Assembly (NCBI GenBank): GCA_913050005.1 | Contig: CAJXBI010000001.1 | Coordinates: 16,566-80,565, forward strand | Direction of reading: 5' to 3' | DNA: 64,000 bases | Source: an uncultured Bacteroidota bacterium | Lineage (GTDB): Bacteria > Bacteroidota > Bacteroidia > NS11-12g > UBA9320 | In this document: positions 47,472 to 58,933 of the stretch, piece after piece | Position numbering within the stretch: position 1 is the stretch's first letter | Layout: every line of letters begins with the position of its first letter | Notes under the pieces: generated by a model | Seen by the model: the letters and a program-made list of their open reading frames with translations, nothing else | What the model was told of the DNA's origin: nothing | Database searches by the model: none | Program-made: the position numbers and the translations under genes

Positions 47472-48176
47472 ATGATAAATATGTTATCTAAAAAACAGAA
47501 ATTTTCAAGTATAGGTAAAAAAGTTCTAATGGCTCTTACTGGATTTTTTTTGATGTTCTTTTTACTTCAGCATTTAAGTATAAATCTTTTATCTGTTGTT
47601 AATGCAGATGTTTTCAATAAAGTTTCGCATTTTATGGGTACGAACCCAGTTGTGCAGTATGTCCTTCAACCTGTATTGATATTTTCAGTGGTTTTTCATT
47701 TTGCCTGGGGAATGGTCCTCGAGTATCAGAACAATCAAGCACGAGATGTAAAATATGCAAAATACAAGGGTAACGCTAATGCAACTTGGATGAGTAGAAA
47801 TATGATCATTTCTGGATTGGCAGTACTTGCTTTCTTGGCAATTCATTTTTATGACTTTTGGTTACCAGAGATAAATACTAAATATATTCAAGGTGATATG
47901 AGCGGAATGAAACACGGATCGGATAATTTTCGATACCATGAAGAGCTAGTCTCTAAATTTGCTCACCAACCCATTCGAGTGGTTCTTTACATTGTTGCGT
48001 TTATGATGCTGTCCTTACACCTTCTTCATGGCTTTCAGTCTTCATTTCAAACTGTAGGATTCAATCATTCAAAATATACTCCAATTTTAAAAAAGCTTGG
48101 GAACTTATTTGCAATTGCTGTTCCTTTGGGATTTGTAATAATTGCCATATACCATTATAATTCTCAACCTCATTAA
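47472..48176 (+). CDS. sdhC: Succinate dehydrogenase cytochrome b subunit
   Basis: SSIGKKVLMALTG, His-bearing TM helices, HLLHGFQSSFQT; precedes sdhA; start could be 47481; TAAATTTG at 47455-47462. Confidence 0.92.
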   Translation: MINMLSKKQKFSSIGKKVLMALTGFFLMFFLLQHLSINLLSVVNADVFNKVSHFMGTNPVVQYVLQPVLIFSVVFHFAWGMVLEYQNNQARDVKYAKYKGNANATWMSRNMIISGLAVLAFLAIHFYDFWLPEINTKYIQGDMSGMKHGSDNFRYHEELVSKFAHQPIRVVLYIVAFMMLSLHLLHGFQSSFQTVGFNHSKYTPILKKLGNLFAIAVPLGFVIIAIYHYNSQPH

Positions 48177-48194
48177 TTAAAAATTAAGACTTTT

Positions 48195-50210
48195 ATGTCA
48201 ATATTAGACGGAAAAATACCAGCAGGTCCAATTAGTGAAAAGTGGATAAATTATAAAAACAAGGTTGATTTAGTAAACCCTGCAAACAAGAGAAATATAA
48301 ATGTTATTGTTGTTGGGACTGGTCTTGCAGGTGGAAGTGCAGCTGCTACACTAGCTGAGCAAGGATATAATGTGAAAGCATTCTGTTATCAGGATTCACC
48401 TCGAAGAGCCCATTCAATTGCTGCTCAAGGGGGGATTAATGCTGCGAAAAATTATCAAGGAGATGGTGACTCTATTTACCGTTTGTTTTATGATACAGTA
48501 AAGGGAGGAGATTATCGAAGTAGAGAAGCTAATGTACATAGATTGGCAGAAGTATCTACAAATATTATTGATCAATGTGTTGCTCAAGGTGTTCCTTTTG
48601 CTCGAGATTATGGTGGTCTTTTGGATAATCGATCTTTCGGAGGTGTTTTAGTCAGTAGAACTTTTTATGCAAAAGGTCAGACAGGTCAACAATTATTGCT
48701 TGGTGCCTATTCTGCTATGAATCGACAAATTGCTCGAGGTAAAATCAAAATGTACAACCGGCATGAAATGTTAGATGTTGTCATTGTGGATGGAAAGGCT
48801 CGAGGAATTATTGCAAGAAATTTAGTTACTGGAGAAATTGAAAGACATTCTGCACATGCTGTTGTTTTGGGAACTGGGGGTTATGGCAATGTTTTTTATT
48901 TAAGCACAAATGCCATGGGTAGTAATGTTACTGCTGGTTGGAAAGCACATAAAAGAGGAGCCCATTTTGCTAATCCATGTTATACCCAAATACATCCAAC
49001 TTGCATTCCAAGAAGTGGGGACTATCAAAGTAAACTTACTCTTATGTCAGAGTCATTAAGAAATGATGGAAGAATATGGGTTCCAGCTAGAAAAGAAGAT
49101 GCTCAGGCGATTCGCGATAGTAAACTCAAACCAACTGAAATAAACGAAGAAGATAGAGATTATTATTTAGAAAGACGCTATCCAGCATTTGGGAACTTAG
49201 TACCACGGGATGTTGCTAGTAGAGCTGCTAAAGAACGATGTGATGATGGTCATGGCGTAAACGCAACAGGAGAAGCAGTTTACTTGGATTTTTCAGCTGC
49301 AATTGTTCGTTACGGTAAAGAACAAGCTACAATAAAAGGAGAAGATAATGCCTCAGAATCAAGAATTAAAGATCTTGGAAAGGCGATTGTGAAAGCTAAA
49401 TACGGAAATTTATTTGATATGTATAAGCAAATTGTTGCAGATGACCCGTATGAAACACCAATGATGATTTATCCTGCAGTTCATTATACAATGGGAGGTA
49501 TTTGGGTAGATTACAATTTAATGACATCTATTCCAGGATGTTACGCAATTGGAGAAGCAAACTTTTCAGACCACGGCGCAAACAGATTAGGTGCTTCAGC
49601 ATTAATGCAAGGATTGGCAGATGGTTATTTTGTTTTGCCATATACTATTGGAAGTTTCTTATCAGCAGATATCAGAACAGGAGAAATTTCAACACATACC
49701 AAAGAATTTGACGAAGCTGAAAAACAAGTTAAAGAGCGGATAGATAGTTTGGTAAATAATAAAGGATCAAACTCGGTAGATTATTATCACAGAAAACTTG
49801 GTAATATAATGTGGAATAAATGTGGTATGTCTAGAAATGAGGAAGGGCTCAAAGAGGCTATAATAGAGATAGCTGAATTACGTAAAGATTTCTGGAAAAA
49901 TGTAAGTGTTCCGGGTAAGGCAAATGAGCTAAATCAAGAACTTGAAAAAGCAGGAAGAGTTGCAGACTTCCTAGAATTAGGAGAATTATTTGCCAAAGAC
50001 GCACTTGAGCGAAACGAGAGTTGTGGGGGACATTTCAGAGAGGAATATGTTGAAAAAAGCGGAGAGCAAAAAGGAGAAGCTCTAAGAGATGATAAAAATT
50101 ATGCATTTGTCTCTGCTTGGGAATACACTGGAGTTCCAAGTGAAGCCATTCTTAACAAAGAAAAATTAGAATTTTTTGATATTGAACTTAAACAAAGATC
50201 TTACAAGTAA
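48195..50210 (+). CDS. sdhA: Succinate dehydrogenase/fumarate reductase flavoprotein subunit
   Basis: [21 protein letters not shown] (FAD His), [38 protein letters not shown]. Confidence 0.97.
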   Translation: MSILDGKIPAGPISEKWINYKNKVDLVNPANKRNINVIVVGTGLAGGSAAATLAEQGYNVKAFCYQDSPRRAHSIAAQGGINAAKNYQGDGDSIYRLFYDTVKGGDYRSREANVHRLAEVSTNIIDQCVAQGVPFARDYGGLLDNRSFGGVLVSRTFYAKGQTGQQLLLGAYSAMNRQIARGKIKMYNRHEMLDVVIVDGKARGIIARNLVTGEIERHSAHAVVLGTGGYGNVFYLSTNAMGSNVTAGWKAHKRGAHFANPCYTQIHPTCIPRSGDYQSKLTLMSESLRNDGRIWVPARKEDAQAIRDSKLKPTEINEEDRDYYLERRYPAFGNLVPRDVASRAAKERCDDGHGVNATGEAVYLDFSAAIVRYGKEQATIKGEDNASESRIKDLGKAIVKAKYGNLFDMYKQIVADDPYETPMMIYPAVHYTMGGIWVDYNLMTSIPGCYAIGEANFSDHGANRLGASALMQGLADGYFVLPYTIGSFLSADIRTGEISTHTKEFDEAEKQVKERIDSLVNNKGSNSVDYYHRKLGNIMWNKCGMSRNEEGLKEAIIEIAELRKDFWKNVSVPGKANELNQELEKAGRVADFLELGELFAKDALERNESCGGHFREEYVEKSGEQKGEALRDDKNYAFVSAWEYTGVPSEAILNKEKLEFFDIELKQRSYK

Positions 50211-50212
50211 CC

Positions 50213-50968
50213 ATGAAAGATATGAATTTAAACCTTAAGGTATGGAGACAAAATAGTCCAGAAGAAAAAGGGCAAATGGTTGATTATCAATTAGAGGGAA
50301 TATCCGAGCACATGTCTTTTCTTGAAATGATGGATGTTTTGAACCAAAAACTGATTAATAGTGGTGAACGTCCAGTTGCATTTGATCATGATTGTAGAGA
50401 GGGAATATGTGGGAGCTGTTCAATGTTTATAAATGGCGAAGCTCATGGTCCTGTGAAAGGTACAACTACCTGTCAGCTGCATATGAGAAGTTTCAAAGAC
50501 GGGGATACTATTTTTATAGAACCGTTTCGAGCAAATGCATTTCCAGTGATTAAAGATCTTGTTATTAATCGAAGTGCATTTGATAGAATCCAACATTCGG
50601 GTGGATATATTTCTGTGAATACCAGCGGGAATACACAAGATGCAAACGCAACACCTATCCCAAAAGAAAATGCAGATCTTGCAATGGATGCAGCTACTTG
50701 TATTGGCTGTGGAGCGTGCGTGGCTACTTGTAAAAATAGTAGTGCCATGTTATTTGTAGGAGCAAAGATTTCTCAATATGCCTTACTTCCTCAAGGACAG
50801 GTGGAAGCAAAAGACAGAGCACAAAATATGGTCGCCCAAATGGATGCTGAAGGTTTCGGTAATTGTACCAATACAGGCGCATGTGAGGTAGAATGCCCTA
50901 AAGGTATATCGCTAAGTAATATAGCTCGAATGAATAGAGAATTTTTAAATGGGAGTATTACTGAGTAG
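50213..50968 (+). CDS. sdhB: Succinate dehydrogenase/fumarate reductase iron-sulfur subunit
   Basis: [33 protein letters not shown]. Confidence 0.97.
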   Translation: MKDMNLNLKVWRQNSPEEKGQMVDYQLEGISEHMSFLEMMDVLNQKLINSGERPVAFDHDCREGICGSCSMFINGEAHGPVKGTTTCQLHMRSFKDGDTIFIEPFRANAFPVIKDLVINRSAFDRIQHSGGYISVNTSGNTQDANATPIPKENADLAMDAATCIGCGACVATCKNSSAMLFVGAKISQYALLPQGQVEAKDRAQNMVAQMDAEGFGNCTNTGACEVECPKGISLSNIARMNREFLNGSITE

Positions 50969-50975
50969 TTGATAT

Positions 50976-51581
50976 ATGTTTAGTGGTATCATAGAGTCTT
51001 TAGGAGTTCTTGTTGACAAACAAAAAGACGGTACAAATATTCATTTTATATTAGAAAGTGACCTTACTCACGAGTTAAAAATAGACCAAAGTGTAGCTCA
51101 CAACGGGGTTTGTTTGACAGTTGTTTCGATCGATGGAAACACCTACAAAGTAACTGCAATCGAGGAAACCTTACGATTGACAAATCTTAGTGACTTAACT
51201 ATTGGTGACCAAGTAAATTTTGAACGCTGCATAAGAATGAGTGACCGACTTGATGGTCATATTGTTCAAGGACACGTAGACGGCATAGCACATGTATCTC
51301 AAATCAGGAATAAGGATGGTAGTTGGGAGTTTCAATTTAAACTAGATGATCAATTTACAGATATCAATGGTTATTCACCAGATAAATTAATCATCCATAA
51401 AGGTTCTATAACTATTAATGGCATCAGTTTAACAGTTACTGAAGTAGATAATAAGCATTTCGGTGTAGCTGTAATACCCTATACCTATGAACATACAAAT
51501 TTTAATTCTTTAGAGCTTGGGAGTAAAGTTAATATCGAATTAGACGTTCTTGGAAAATACGTGGCTAGATTAACTCAATAA
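50976..51581 (+). CDS. ribE: Riboflavin synthase (alpha chain)
   Basis: MFSGII, SVAHNGVCLTV, ETL, GHIVQGHVDG, KGSITINGISLTV, IPYT, VNIELD. Confidence 0.95.
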   Translation: MFSGIIESLGVLVDKQKDGTNIHFILESDLTHELKIDQSVAHNGVCLTVVSIDGNTYKVTAIEETLRLTNLSDLTIGDQVNFERCIRMSDRLDGHIVQGHVDGIAHVSQIRNKDGSWEFQFKLDDQFTDINGYSPDKLIIHKGSITINGISLTVTEVDNKHFGVAVIPYTYEHTNFNSLELGSKVNIELDVLGKYVARLTQ

Positions 51582-51591
51582 TAATTTTTTA

Positions 51592-52104
51592 ATGAAATTT
51601 CTAAAATATTTAGGCATATTTATAGTGTTCATAGCGGCGTCCTATTTCGGATTGGTGTTTATGGCTCCTTCAAAACTTAATTTTCAGGTTAATGAAGACT
51701 TTAATGCTCCAATTGAAACGGTATTCTCTTTTATGACTGATCCATCTATTCTTCCTCAGTGGGTTGAGGGGATTGATTCATTTTACGCTGAAAATTTGAT
51801 TATTCCGAAAGAAGGGGATCAATACAAACTATATTTTCAAGGGGAAAATTCAATGGTCATGAATAAAACGGTGTTATTATATGAGGCTAACAAATTGTAT
51901 TCAACACACGGGTCAATTAAAGATTTTTTCGATTGGAATGAGAAAATAACTTTTGTAGCCTTAGATAGTAATCGCACTCGAGTATCAAATATTGTAACTC
52001 TGAAATCTTTGAGTCAAAAAACAAGACTTTTAACATACGCTGAAGAGACACATAAAAAGAATGTGGCTGGCAATTATTTAAAACTCAAAAAATTAATAGA
52101 GTAG
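51592..52104 (+). CDS. Membrane-anchored SRPBCC (START/Bet v1-like) family protein
   Basis: N-terminal TM helix followed by FNAPIETVFSFMTDPSILPQW and a C-terminal helix ending LKLKKLIE. Confidence 0.7.
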   Translation: MKFLKYLGIFIVFIAASYFGLVFMAPSKLNFQVNEDFNAPIETVFSFMTDPSILPQWVEGIDSFYAENLIIPKEGDQYKLYFQGENSMVMNKTVLLYEANKLYSTHGSIKDFFDWNEKITFVALDSNRTRVSNIVTLKSLSQKTRLLTYAEETHKKNVAGNYLKLKKLIE

Positions 52105-52106
52105 TT

Positions 52107-54194
52107 CTAAGCAATATTCTCCCAATCTGTGTAACCTTGTTTTTCTCTCATGAAAACATATAAGTTTTTATGATTTGAAAGTTTAGAATCTTCACTTAAT
52201 ATTTCAATGACCGCGTCTCGAGCTTTTTCAGCAATGTTTGAATCTGTATTCAAGGAAGCTAATTTTAATTGGTCAAGACCACTTTGTCGGGTACCAGTAA
52301 TGTCACCAAACCCACGCAGTTGCATATCAATTTCACTCAACTCAAATCCACTTGATGTTTGAACCATGGCTTGAATTCGTGTTCTAGCATTACTACTCAA
52401 TTTCTTACTGCTGAGAAGTATACAATAACTCTGTTCGTCTCCTCGACCCACTCTTCCTCTAAGCTGATGTAGTTGAGACAATCCAAATTTTTCGGCACTC
52501 TCAATAATCATTATAGAAGCATTGGGTACATTTATTCCAACCTCTATAACTGTAGTACTTACTAATATTTGAGTTTTACCGTCAGCAAAATCTTTCATTT
52601 TGGCCTCTTTGTCACTAGGCTTCATTTTCCCATGAAGCATTTCTACTTGATATGTTGGTCTTGGGAATGATAACAGAAGTTCGTCATATCCGTTATTGAG
52701 ATCTTTATAATGTAATTTTTCTGACTCCTCAATTAATGGATAAACAATATAGGCCTGTCCTCCTTTGATAATTTGTTCTTTGACAAAGTCCAGTACTTTT
52801 TGACGAGCAAATCCGAATCGGTGAACTGTTTTAATTGATTTACGGCCAGCGGGCATTTCGTCAATAACACTATAATCTAAATCGCCATACATACTCATAG
52901 CTAAAGTTCGGGGAATAGGGGTAGCAGTCATTATAAGAACATGAGGATTTTGAGTGCCTTTACTTTGAAGTTTGGCCCGTTGAGCAACACCAAAACGGTG
53001 TTGTTCGTCGATGATAACAAGTCCTAAATTATTAAATGCTACAGTATCTTCAATCAAGGCATGAGTTCCTATCAGAAGTTTGATATCGCCCGATAACAGT
53101 TTTTTGTGAAGTTCTATGCGTTCTTTTTTGTTAGTAGATCCAGTTAGTAGCCCAATTTGTATATTTATTTTGTCAGCTAATTCTTTCAGCCCAATGTAGT
53201 GTTGGATTGCAAGTATTTCTGTTGGTGCCATCAAACTGGCTTGATAATTATTATCTATTGCTCTCAGAACAGTCAAAAAAGCTATGATGGTTTTCCCACT
53301 TCCAACATCACCTTGTAAAAGTCTGTTCATTTGTTTTCCTGAATATAAATCGGATGATATTTCTCTCAACACCTTCTCTTGGGCATTGGTTAATTTGAAT
53401 GCTAGATGATGATTTATAAAATGAGTATATGAAATGTTATTGGTCGTAAATTTAATACCATTATTAACTTCTTTTCGAATCATTTTTTTTCTAATAAATG
53501 GGAACTGTAAAAAGAATAATTCTTCAAATTTAAAACGGTATTGAGCGGCTTCTATATGCTTTTGACTCAGGGGTTGATGAATATATTGAAATGCTTTGTA
53601 TCGGGGTATTAGTTTATATTTTTTGCAAAATTCATCAGTGAATATTTCAGGTATGGAATATCGTTCGTGGTTTAGTGCTTTCTTAATAATTTGACGAATA
53701 ACTTTGGTTTCAATTCTACGAGTTTTCATCATTTCGGTGGTATGATATACCGCCTCAAGTGGTGCAGAGTTCAAACGGTTTTGTAGGGTGTCTAATTCTG
53801 GATGACTAAAATTTATACTACCCTTATAGTGGTTAGGTTTGCCAAAAATTACAATTTTTTCATTAATTTTTAGCGTGTTTTTTATCCAATTAATGCCCTT
53901 AAACCATAGAAGTTCAATTTCTTGCTTACCGTCTGAGAATGTGGCAACTAAACGCTTTTTTCTAGGGTCACCAAATTCTTCTATATGCTTAATTGTACCT
54001 TTAAGTTGAATATAGCTTGTATTAGATTCAATTTCAGATATCTTATAAAATTTAGTACGATCAACATACCTAAATGGATAATAATTTAGTAAATCGGTAA
54101 AACGGAAAATCCCAAGTTCTTTTTTAAGAACTTCAGCACGTGTAGAACCTACACCCTTTAGAAATTTTATATCTGATACTAAAAATTCATTCAT
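52107..54194 (-). CDS. recG: ATP-dependent DNA helicase RecG
   Basis: LKGVG, RLLQGDVGSGKT, MAPTEILA, DEQHRFGV, MTATPIPRTL, QLHQLRGRVGRG, GTRQSG. Confidence 0.98.
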   Translation of the reverse strand: MNEFLVSDIKFLKGVGSTRAEVLKKELGIFRFTDLLNYYPFRYVDRTKFYKISEIESNTSYIQLKGTIKHIEEFGDPRKKRLVATFSDGKQEIELLWFKGINWIKNTLKINEKIVIFGKPNHYKGSINFSHPELDTLQNRLNSAPLEAVYHTTEMMKTRRIETKVIRQIIKKALNHERYSIPEIFTDEFCKKYKLIPRYKAFQYIHQPLSQKHIEAAQYRFKFEELFFLQFPFIRKKMIRKEVNNGIKFTTNNISYTHFINHHLAFKLTNAQEKVLREISSDLYSGKQMNRLLQGDVGSGKTIIAFLTVLRAIDNNYQASLMAPTEILAIQHYIGLKELADKINIQIGLLTGSTNKKERIELHKKLLSGDIKLLIGTHALIEDTVAFNNLGLVIIDEQHRFGVAQRAKLQSKGTQNPHVLIMTATPIPRTLAMSMYGDLDYSVIDEMPAGRKSIKTVHRFGFARQKVLDFVKEQIIKGGQAYIVYPLIEESEKLHYKDLNNGYDELLLSFPRPTYQVEMLHGKMKPSDKEAKMKDFADGKTQILVSTTVIEVGINVPNASIMIIESAEKFGLSQLHQLRGRVGRGDEQSYCILLSSKKLSSNARTRIQAMVQTSSGFELSEIDMQLRGFGDITGTRQSGLDQLKLASLNTDSNIAEKARDAVIEILSEDSKLSNHKNLYVFMREKQGYTDWENIA

Positions 54195-55159
54195 GAGAAA
54201 AAATATTTACTAATGAATGCACCAATTTCCATCATCCAGGCAATCCCAACATGTACAATGATTCCTCCCCATATGGATTTACTATAGTAGGAAATTATGC
54301 CCAATAAAGTTCCTCCAAAGAAAGAACTGATTAGTTCTCCCATTGGCTTGTTCCAATGAATCACTACATACATATATGCTACTGCTATAATTGCTTTTGG
54401 TCCAACAATTCCAACAAATGCTAAAATCATAAAACCTCTGAAAAAGAATTCAATGGTAAAAAAGTCTAGTCCATACAAAATTTCATAAATGGCATAAAAT
54501 TTTAGATGACCAGGTATAGTTATATCGATGGATTGGAGTCGTTGTACTCGGGGGTATGATGTTAAAAAATCGACTTGAGTACTTGCAGCTGCAATCAGAG
54601 GGACCATACAGGCCAACATGACTAGATAGGGTTTAAAATCAAAATCTTTAGATGTAAACCCATAAAAAGGTTGATTTTTTTTATCTGTAAAAGTCCAATA
54701 GATGAATAAAATCAAAAATACGAATAGACCTCTGGCTATGGTTCCGATAATCCGATTTAGCCAATCTACATGAGCATAATTTGAATGTTGAGCTAAACAA
54801 TCACTTACAAAAAAAGAGATAGAACTTCTAAAAGAAAATAAGAGTACACCGAAAATTACAAGTGTTATAAATTTTGGATTTTTCCAAAAACTCCAATTTT
54901 TATGAATTATACTACTCACAAAATAGCCAATGAGTAGTGGTGACAGGTACAGTATAACATGAAATAGGAATTTGAGATTATTATGATATGCTTTGAACCA
55001 CCAACTGGTTAGCAGTGATATGTTACCATTATGATGGGGGATAAATTTAAAGTACTTGATAAAACAAAATCCAACAATGAAGATAAGAGCAATGACGAAT
55101 TCCTTCCAATTAAAGTGGTCTGTATAAAATTTGTTAAGGTATTGGAGAAGCTTTTTCAA
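54191..55159 (-). CDS. CPBP (CAAX protease/Abi) family intramembrane metalloprotease
   Basis: Multi-TM protein; IEFFFRG, IHWNKP..E, GG.LG......SIWGGIIVH; start likely TTG 55159 (ORF track 55207). Confidence 0.8.
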   Translation of the reverse strand: MKKLLQYLNKFYTDHFNWKEFVIALIFIVGFCFIKYFKFIPHHNGNISLLTSWWFKAYHNNLKFLFHVILYLSPLLIGYFVSSIIHKNWSFWKNPKFITLVIFGVLLFSFRSSISFFVSDCLAQHSNYAHVDWLNRIIGTIARGLFVFLILFIYWTFTDKKNQPFYGFTSKDFDFKPYLVMLACMVPLIAAASTQVDFLTSYPRVQRLQSIDITIPGHLKFYAIYEILYGLDFFTIEFFFRGFMILAFVGIVGPKAIIAVAYMYVVIHWNKPMGELISSFFGGTLLGIISYYSKSIWGGIIVHVGIAWMMEIGAFISKYFFS

Positions 55160-55273
55160 ACTGCTAAAAATCAAAACAATAATAAAACTATCTAGCTGAT
55201 ATACCAATGTAGTTTAACAAAATCTTAAATCATTAAATCATATTTAAACTATACTTGTATTAATAAATAAAAA

Positions 55274-58200
55274 ATGCCTTCATTTTCACATTTACATTGC
55301 CATAGCCAGTTTTCTCTTCTTGATGGTGCCTCACCTATTGACGACATGTTCGCCAAAGCAAAAGCGGATAAAATGAGAGCTGTTGCTCTAACAGATCATG
55401 GAAATATGTTTGGAGCTTTCAAGTTTGTTAATTCTGGGCTAAAGCATGGAGTAAAGCCCATTGTTGGGTGCGAATTTTACATGGTTGAAGATCGAACTAG
55501 AAGATCATTTGTAGGAGACACAAAGGACAAAAGATATCATCAGCTCATTTTAGCGAAAAATCAAAAAGGCTATGAGAATCTCTCTTTGTTATGCTCCATT
55601 GGTTTTATGGAGGGTTTGTATGGAAAATTTCCCCGCATAGATAAAGATGTACTCAAAAGACATAGCGAGGGTTTAATTGCTACTTCATGTTGTATAGGTG
55701 CAGAAATACCTCAAGCAATTTTATTTAAAGGTGAAGAAGAAGCAGAACGAATTTTAAAGGAGTACATAGCCATTTTTGGGGAAGATTTTTACATTGAATT
55801 ACAACGTCATGGTATTCAAAATATAGATGGAACAGGAATGAGCCAAGAGGATATTAATCAGATACTCATTAGTTTTGGGAATAAATATGACTTAAAAATT
55901 ATAGCGACTAATGATTCTCATTATATGGAGGAGGATGATGCACTACCTCACGATATTCTTCTTTGTGTTAATACAGGGTCTAGAATTACCGATCCTAAAG
56001 GATATGGCAAAGGAATGCGATTTGCATTTCCTAATAATGAGTTCTTTTTCAAATCACAGGAAGAAATGGGTCGATTGTTTGCTGATATTCCTGAGGCTCT
56101 AGATAATACAAATATTATAGTTGATAGTGTTGAAACTCCTAAATTGACTCGAGATGTATTGTTACCTAACTATGTTATGCCATTAGAATTTAAAAGTCAG
56201 GACGATTATTTAAAACATCTGACCTTCGAAGGGGCAAAGAAAAGATATCCAAACTTAACAAGTGAAATAGAGGAACGGATATTATTTGAGCTTTCAGTAA
56301 TAAAAGATTCAGGTTATCCGGGTTACTTTTTAATTGTTCAAGATTTTACGAGTGTAGCTAGAGATATGGGAGTATCAGTGGGGCCAGGAAGAGGCTCAGC
56401 TGCAGGCAGCGCCGTGGCCTATTGTCTAGGAATAACGAATGTAGATCCTATTGCTTACGATTTACTTTTTGAGCGTTTTTTAAATCCAGAAAGGGTATCA
56501 TTACCCGATATTGATATTGATTTTGATGACGAAGGAAGGCAGAAAGTAATCGATTATGTTGTTGATAAATATGGGAAAAATCAAGTAGCTCAAATTATAA
56601 CTTATGGTAGTATGGCAGCTCGCTCTTCGTTGAGAGATGTGGGGAGAGTGATGGATGTCCCGTTAGTAGAGGTTGATAAGGTTGCAAAAACTTTCCCAAC
56701 CCATCTCAGTGCCAATCTTAAAAAGGTGTTGAACGAAGATGGATTAGATAAGAAATTAAAGGGGGATATGAATTCGGAACAGGTTAAAGCTGCGGAGGAT
56801 TTCAGAAAACTCTCAGAAAATGACGACTCTATTGGACAAATGATTAGAACCGCCAAACGCCTTGAAGGATCGGTCCGAAATACTGGAATACATGCATGTG
56901 GTGTTATTATAACCCCTGATGATATAACGAAATACGTACCTGTTACAACGGCAAAGGATTCTGATCTTCTAGTTACTCAATTTGATAACAGTGTTGTTGA
57001 GTCTGCAGGATTACTTAAGATGGATTTCTTGGGTCTAAAAACATTAACGATTATCAAAGATGCAGTCGAGATTATCAAAAATAAACGAGGTGTTACTATC
57101 ATTCCAGATGAAATTCCTCTTGATGATAAAAAGACATTAGAACTCTTCTCTAAAGGGAATACCAACGGTATTTTTCAATTTGAAAGTCCTGGAATGCAAA
57201 AGAATCTTAAAATGTTAAAGCCTGATAAATTTGAGGATTTAATTGCAATGAATGCTTTATATCGACCAGGTCCAATGGAATATATCAAAAACTTTATTGC
57301 ACGAAAACACGGCCGTGAGGCAATAAACTATGATCTTGATGATATGCAAGAATATCTTGCTGATACTTATGGAATTACGGTTTATCAAGAGCAGGTAATG
57401 CTTCTCTCTCAAAAACTTGCAGGTTTCACAAAGGGTCAGGCAGACAGCCTTAGGAAAGCTATGGGTAAAAAGAAGATTGAGGAGATGAATAAACTTTTTG
57501 ACTTGTTTATTAGTCAAGGAAATGAACGAGGTCACGATGAAACTATTCTCAAAAAAGTTTGGACAGATTGGGAGGCATTTGCTTCATATGCATTTAACAA
57601 AAGCCACAGTACATGCTATGCATATATTGCCTTTCATACAGGGTATTTAAAAGCTCATTATCCTGCCGAATTTATGGCATCTGTACTTACACATAACATG
57701 AATGATATTAAAAAAGTAAGCTTTTTTATGGATGAGTGCAAGTGGATGGGTATCGAAATTTTAGGACCAAGTGCGAATGAAAGTGAGCGAAAGTTTAGTG
57801 TAAACAAAGATGGAGCAATACGTTTTGGCCTAGCGGCAATCAAAGGGGTGGGAGATACTGCAGCTGAAGAGATCATCAAAGAACGAAATGAAAATGGGAT
57901 TTATTCCAGTATTTTTGGGATTTGTAAACGTGTAAATCAACGAGTTGTTAATAAAAAATCTTTGGAGAATTTAGCAATTGCAGGGGCATTTGATGAGTTT
58001 GGAGTAAACAGGTCTGCCTATGTTGTCGAGACTTTCAATGGCAAAGGAATTGATATGGCTGTTAAGTTTGGAAATCAAGTACAAAGCGATGCTCTGAGTA
58101 ATCAAGCTTCTCTTTTTGGAGGTGCAGGTTCACTCGAAATATCAGAACCAGAATTACCAGTTGTTGAACAATGGTCATTATTGGAAAAGTTACAACTTGA

Positions 58201-58813
58201 GAAAGAACTTGTTGGGATTTATATCTCAGGTCACCCATTAAACAACTATAAGTTTGAAATTGATCATTTTACTTCTCATACGATTTTGAGTCTTGAGGAA
58301 CAGAATTTAAAACTTGATGGAGCAGAGATCAAACTAGCTGGACTTATTACTTCTGTTAGAGATTCTGTGAGTAAAAATGGGAAACCATTCTGTATTTTCA
58401 CACTTGAGGATTTTAGTGGTACACGTGAGTTTGCACTTTTTGGTGAAAAGTACACCCAGTTTAAACCATGGATAGAGATTAATGCTCAAATATTCATATC
58501 AGCTAAAGGTGAAAAGAGCTATAGAAATCAAGATAAATTAGATTTAAACCTATTGCAAATGACTTTCTTGGAAGATACAGTTAACCACCAATTAAAGAAA
58601 GTAACCCTTGAAATAGAAGCTGAAGATATTAACGAAGCCATTATGGAGTCTATTTTTGATTTGATTGACGAACGAGGTAAAATTAAATTAGCTTTCAAGA
58701 TAAAAAGTGGTCATAAAAGTGTTAAGGCTTTATCCCAAAAGTATAAAATCCAAATGGACGAGATTACGAAAAAGAAACTGAATTCTTTAGGTTTAGATTT
58801 CCGTTTTAATTAG
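55274..58813 (+). CDS. dnaE: DNA polymerase III subunit alpha
   Basis: PHP HLHCHSQFSLLDG, TDHGNMFG, GPGRGSAAGS, PDIDIDF, HACG, KMDFLGL, YAFNKSH, OB fold; uninterrupted 1179 aa. Confidence 0.98.
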   Translation: MPSFSHLHCHSQFSLLDGASPIDDMFAKAKADKMRAVALTDHGNMFGAFKFVNSGLKHGVKPIVGCEFYMVEDRTRRSFVGDTKDKRYHQLILAKNQKGYENLSLLCSIGFMEGLYGKFPRIDKDVLKRHSEGLIATSCCIGAEIPQAILFKGEEEAERILKEYIAIFGEDFYIELQRHGIQNIDGTGMSQEDINQILISFGNKYDLKIIATNDSHYMEEDDALPHDILLCVNTGSRITDPKGYGKGMRFAFPNNEFFFKSQEEMGRLFADIPEALDNTNIIVDSVETPKLTRDVLLPNYVMPLEFKSQDDYLKHLTFEGAKKRYPNLTSEIEERILFELSVIKDSGYPGYFLIVQDFTSVARDMGVSVGPGRGSAAGSAVAYCLGITNVDPIAYDLLFERFLNPERVSLPDIDIDFDDEGRQKVIDYVVDKYGKNQVAQIITYGSMAARSSLRDVGRVMDVPLVEVDKVAKTFPTHLSANLKKVLNEDGLDKKLKGDMNSEQVKAAEDFRKLSENDDSIGQMIRTAKRLEGSVRNTGIHACGVIITPDDITKYVPVTTAKDSDLLVTQFDNSVVESAGLLKMDFLGLKTLTIIKDAVEIIKNKRGVTIIPDEIPLDDKKTLELFSKGNTNGIFQFESPGMQKNLKMLKPDKFEDLIAMNALYRPGPMEYIKNFIARKHGREAINYDLDDMQEYLADTYGITVYQEQVMLLSQKLAGFTKGQADSLRKAMGKKKIEEMNKLFDLFISQGNERGHDETILKKVWTDWEAFASYAFNKSHSTCYAYIAFHTGYLKAHYPAEFMASVLTHNMNDIKKVSFFMDECKWMGIEILGPSANESERKFSVNKDGAIRFGLAAIKGVGDTAAEEIIKERNENGIYSSIFGICKRVNQRVVNKKSLENLAIAGAFDEFGVNRSAYVVETFNGKGIDMAVKFGNQVQSDALSNQASLFGGAGSLEISEPELPVVEQWSLLEKLQLEKELVGIYISGHPLNNYKFEIDHFTSHTILSLEEQNLKLDGAEIKLAGLITSVRDSVSKNGKPFCIFTLEDFSGTREFALFGEKYTQFKPWIEINAQIFISAKGEKSYRNQDKLDLNLLQMTFLEDTVNHQLKKVTLEIEAEDINEAIMESIFDLIDERGKIKLAFKIKSGHKSVKALSQKYKIQMDEITKKKLNSLGLDFRFN

Positions 58814-58933
58814 CGTTTTTACCTTTATTTTTTTTCAATTTTCATTTGAGATTCGGGATTATAATATTGTAATTTGATTTTTTCTTTTTTATTTCCTAAA
58901 TTTAGAGTACCAAAAATCTTTAAACTAAATGAA

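Noticed and set aside
54191-55207. CPBP/'Abi' protease as an abortive-infection defence gene
   Set aside because: The Abi label for this family is historical; it sits alone in housekeeping context with no bacteriocin or defence neighbours.
55274-58813. Possible intein or insertion in dnaE
   Set aside because: Length (1179 aa) and motif order are normal; no intein-like splice junction or endonuclease insert seen.
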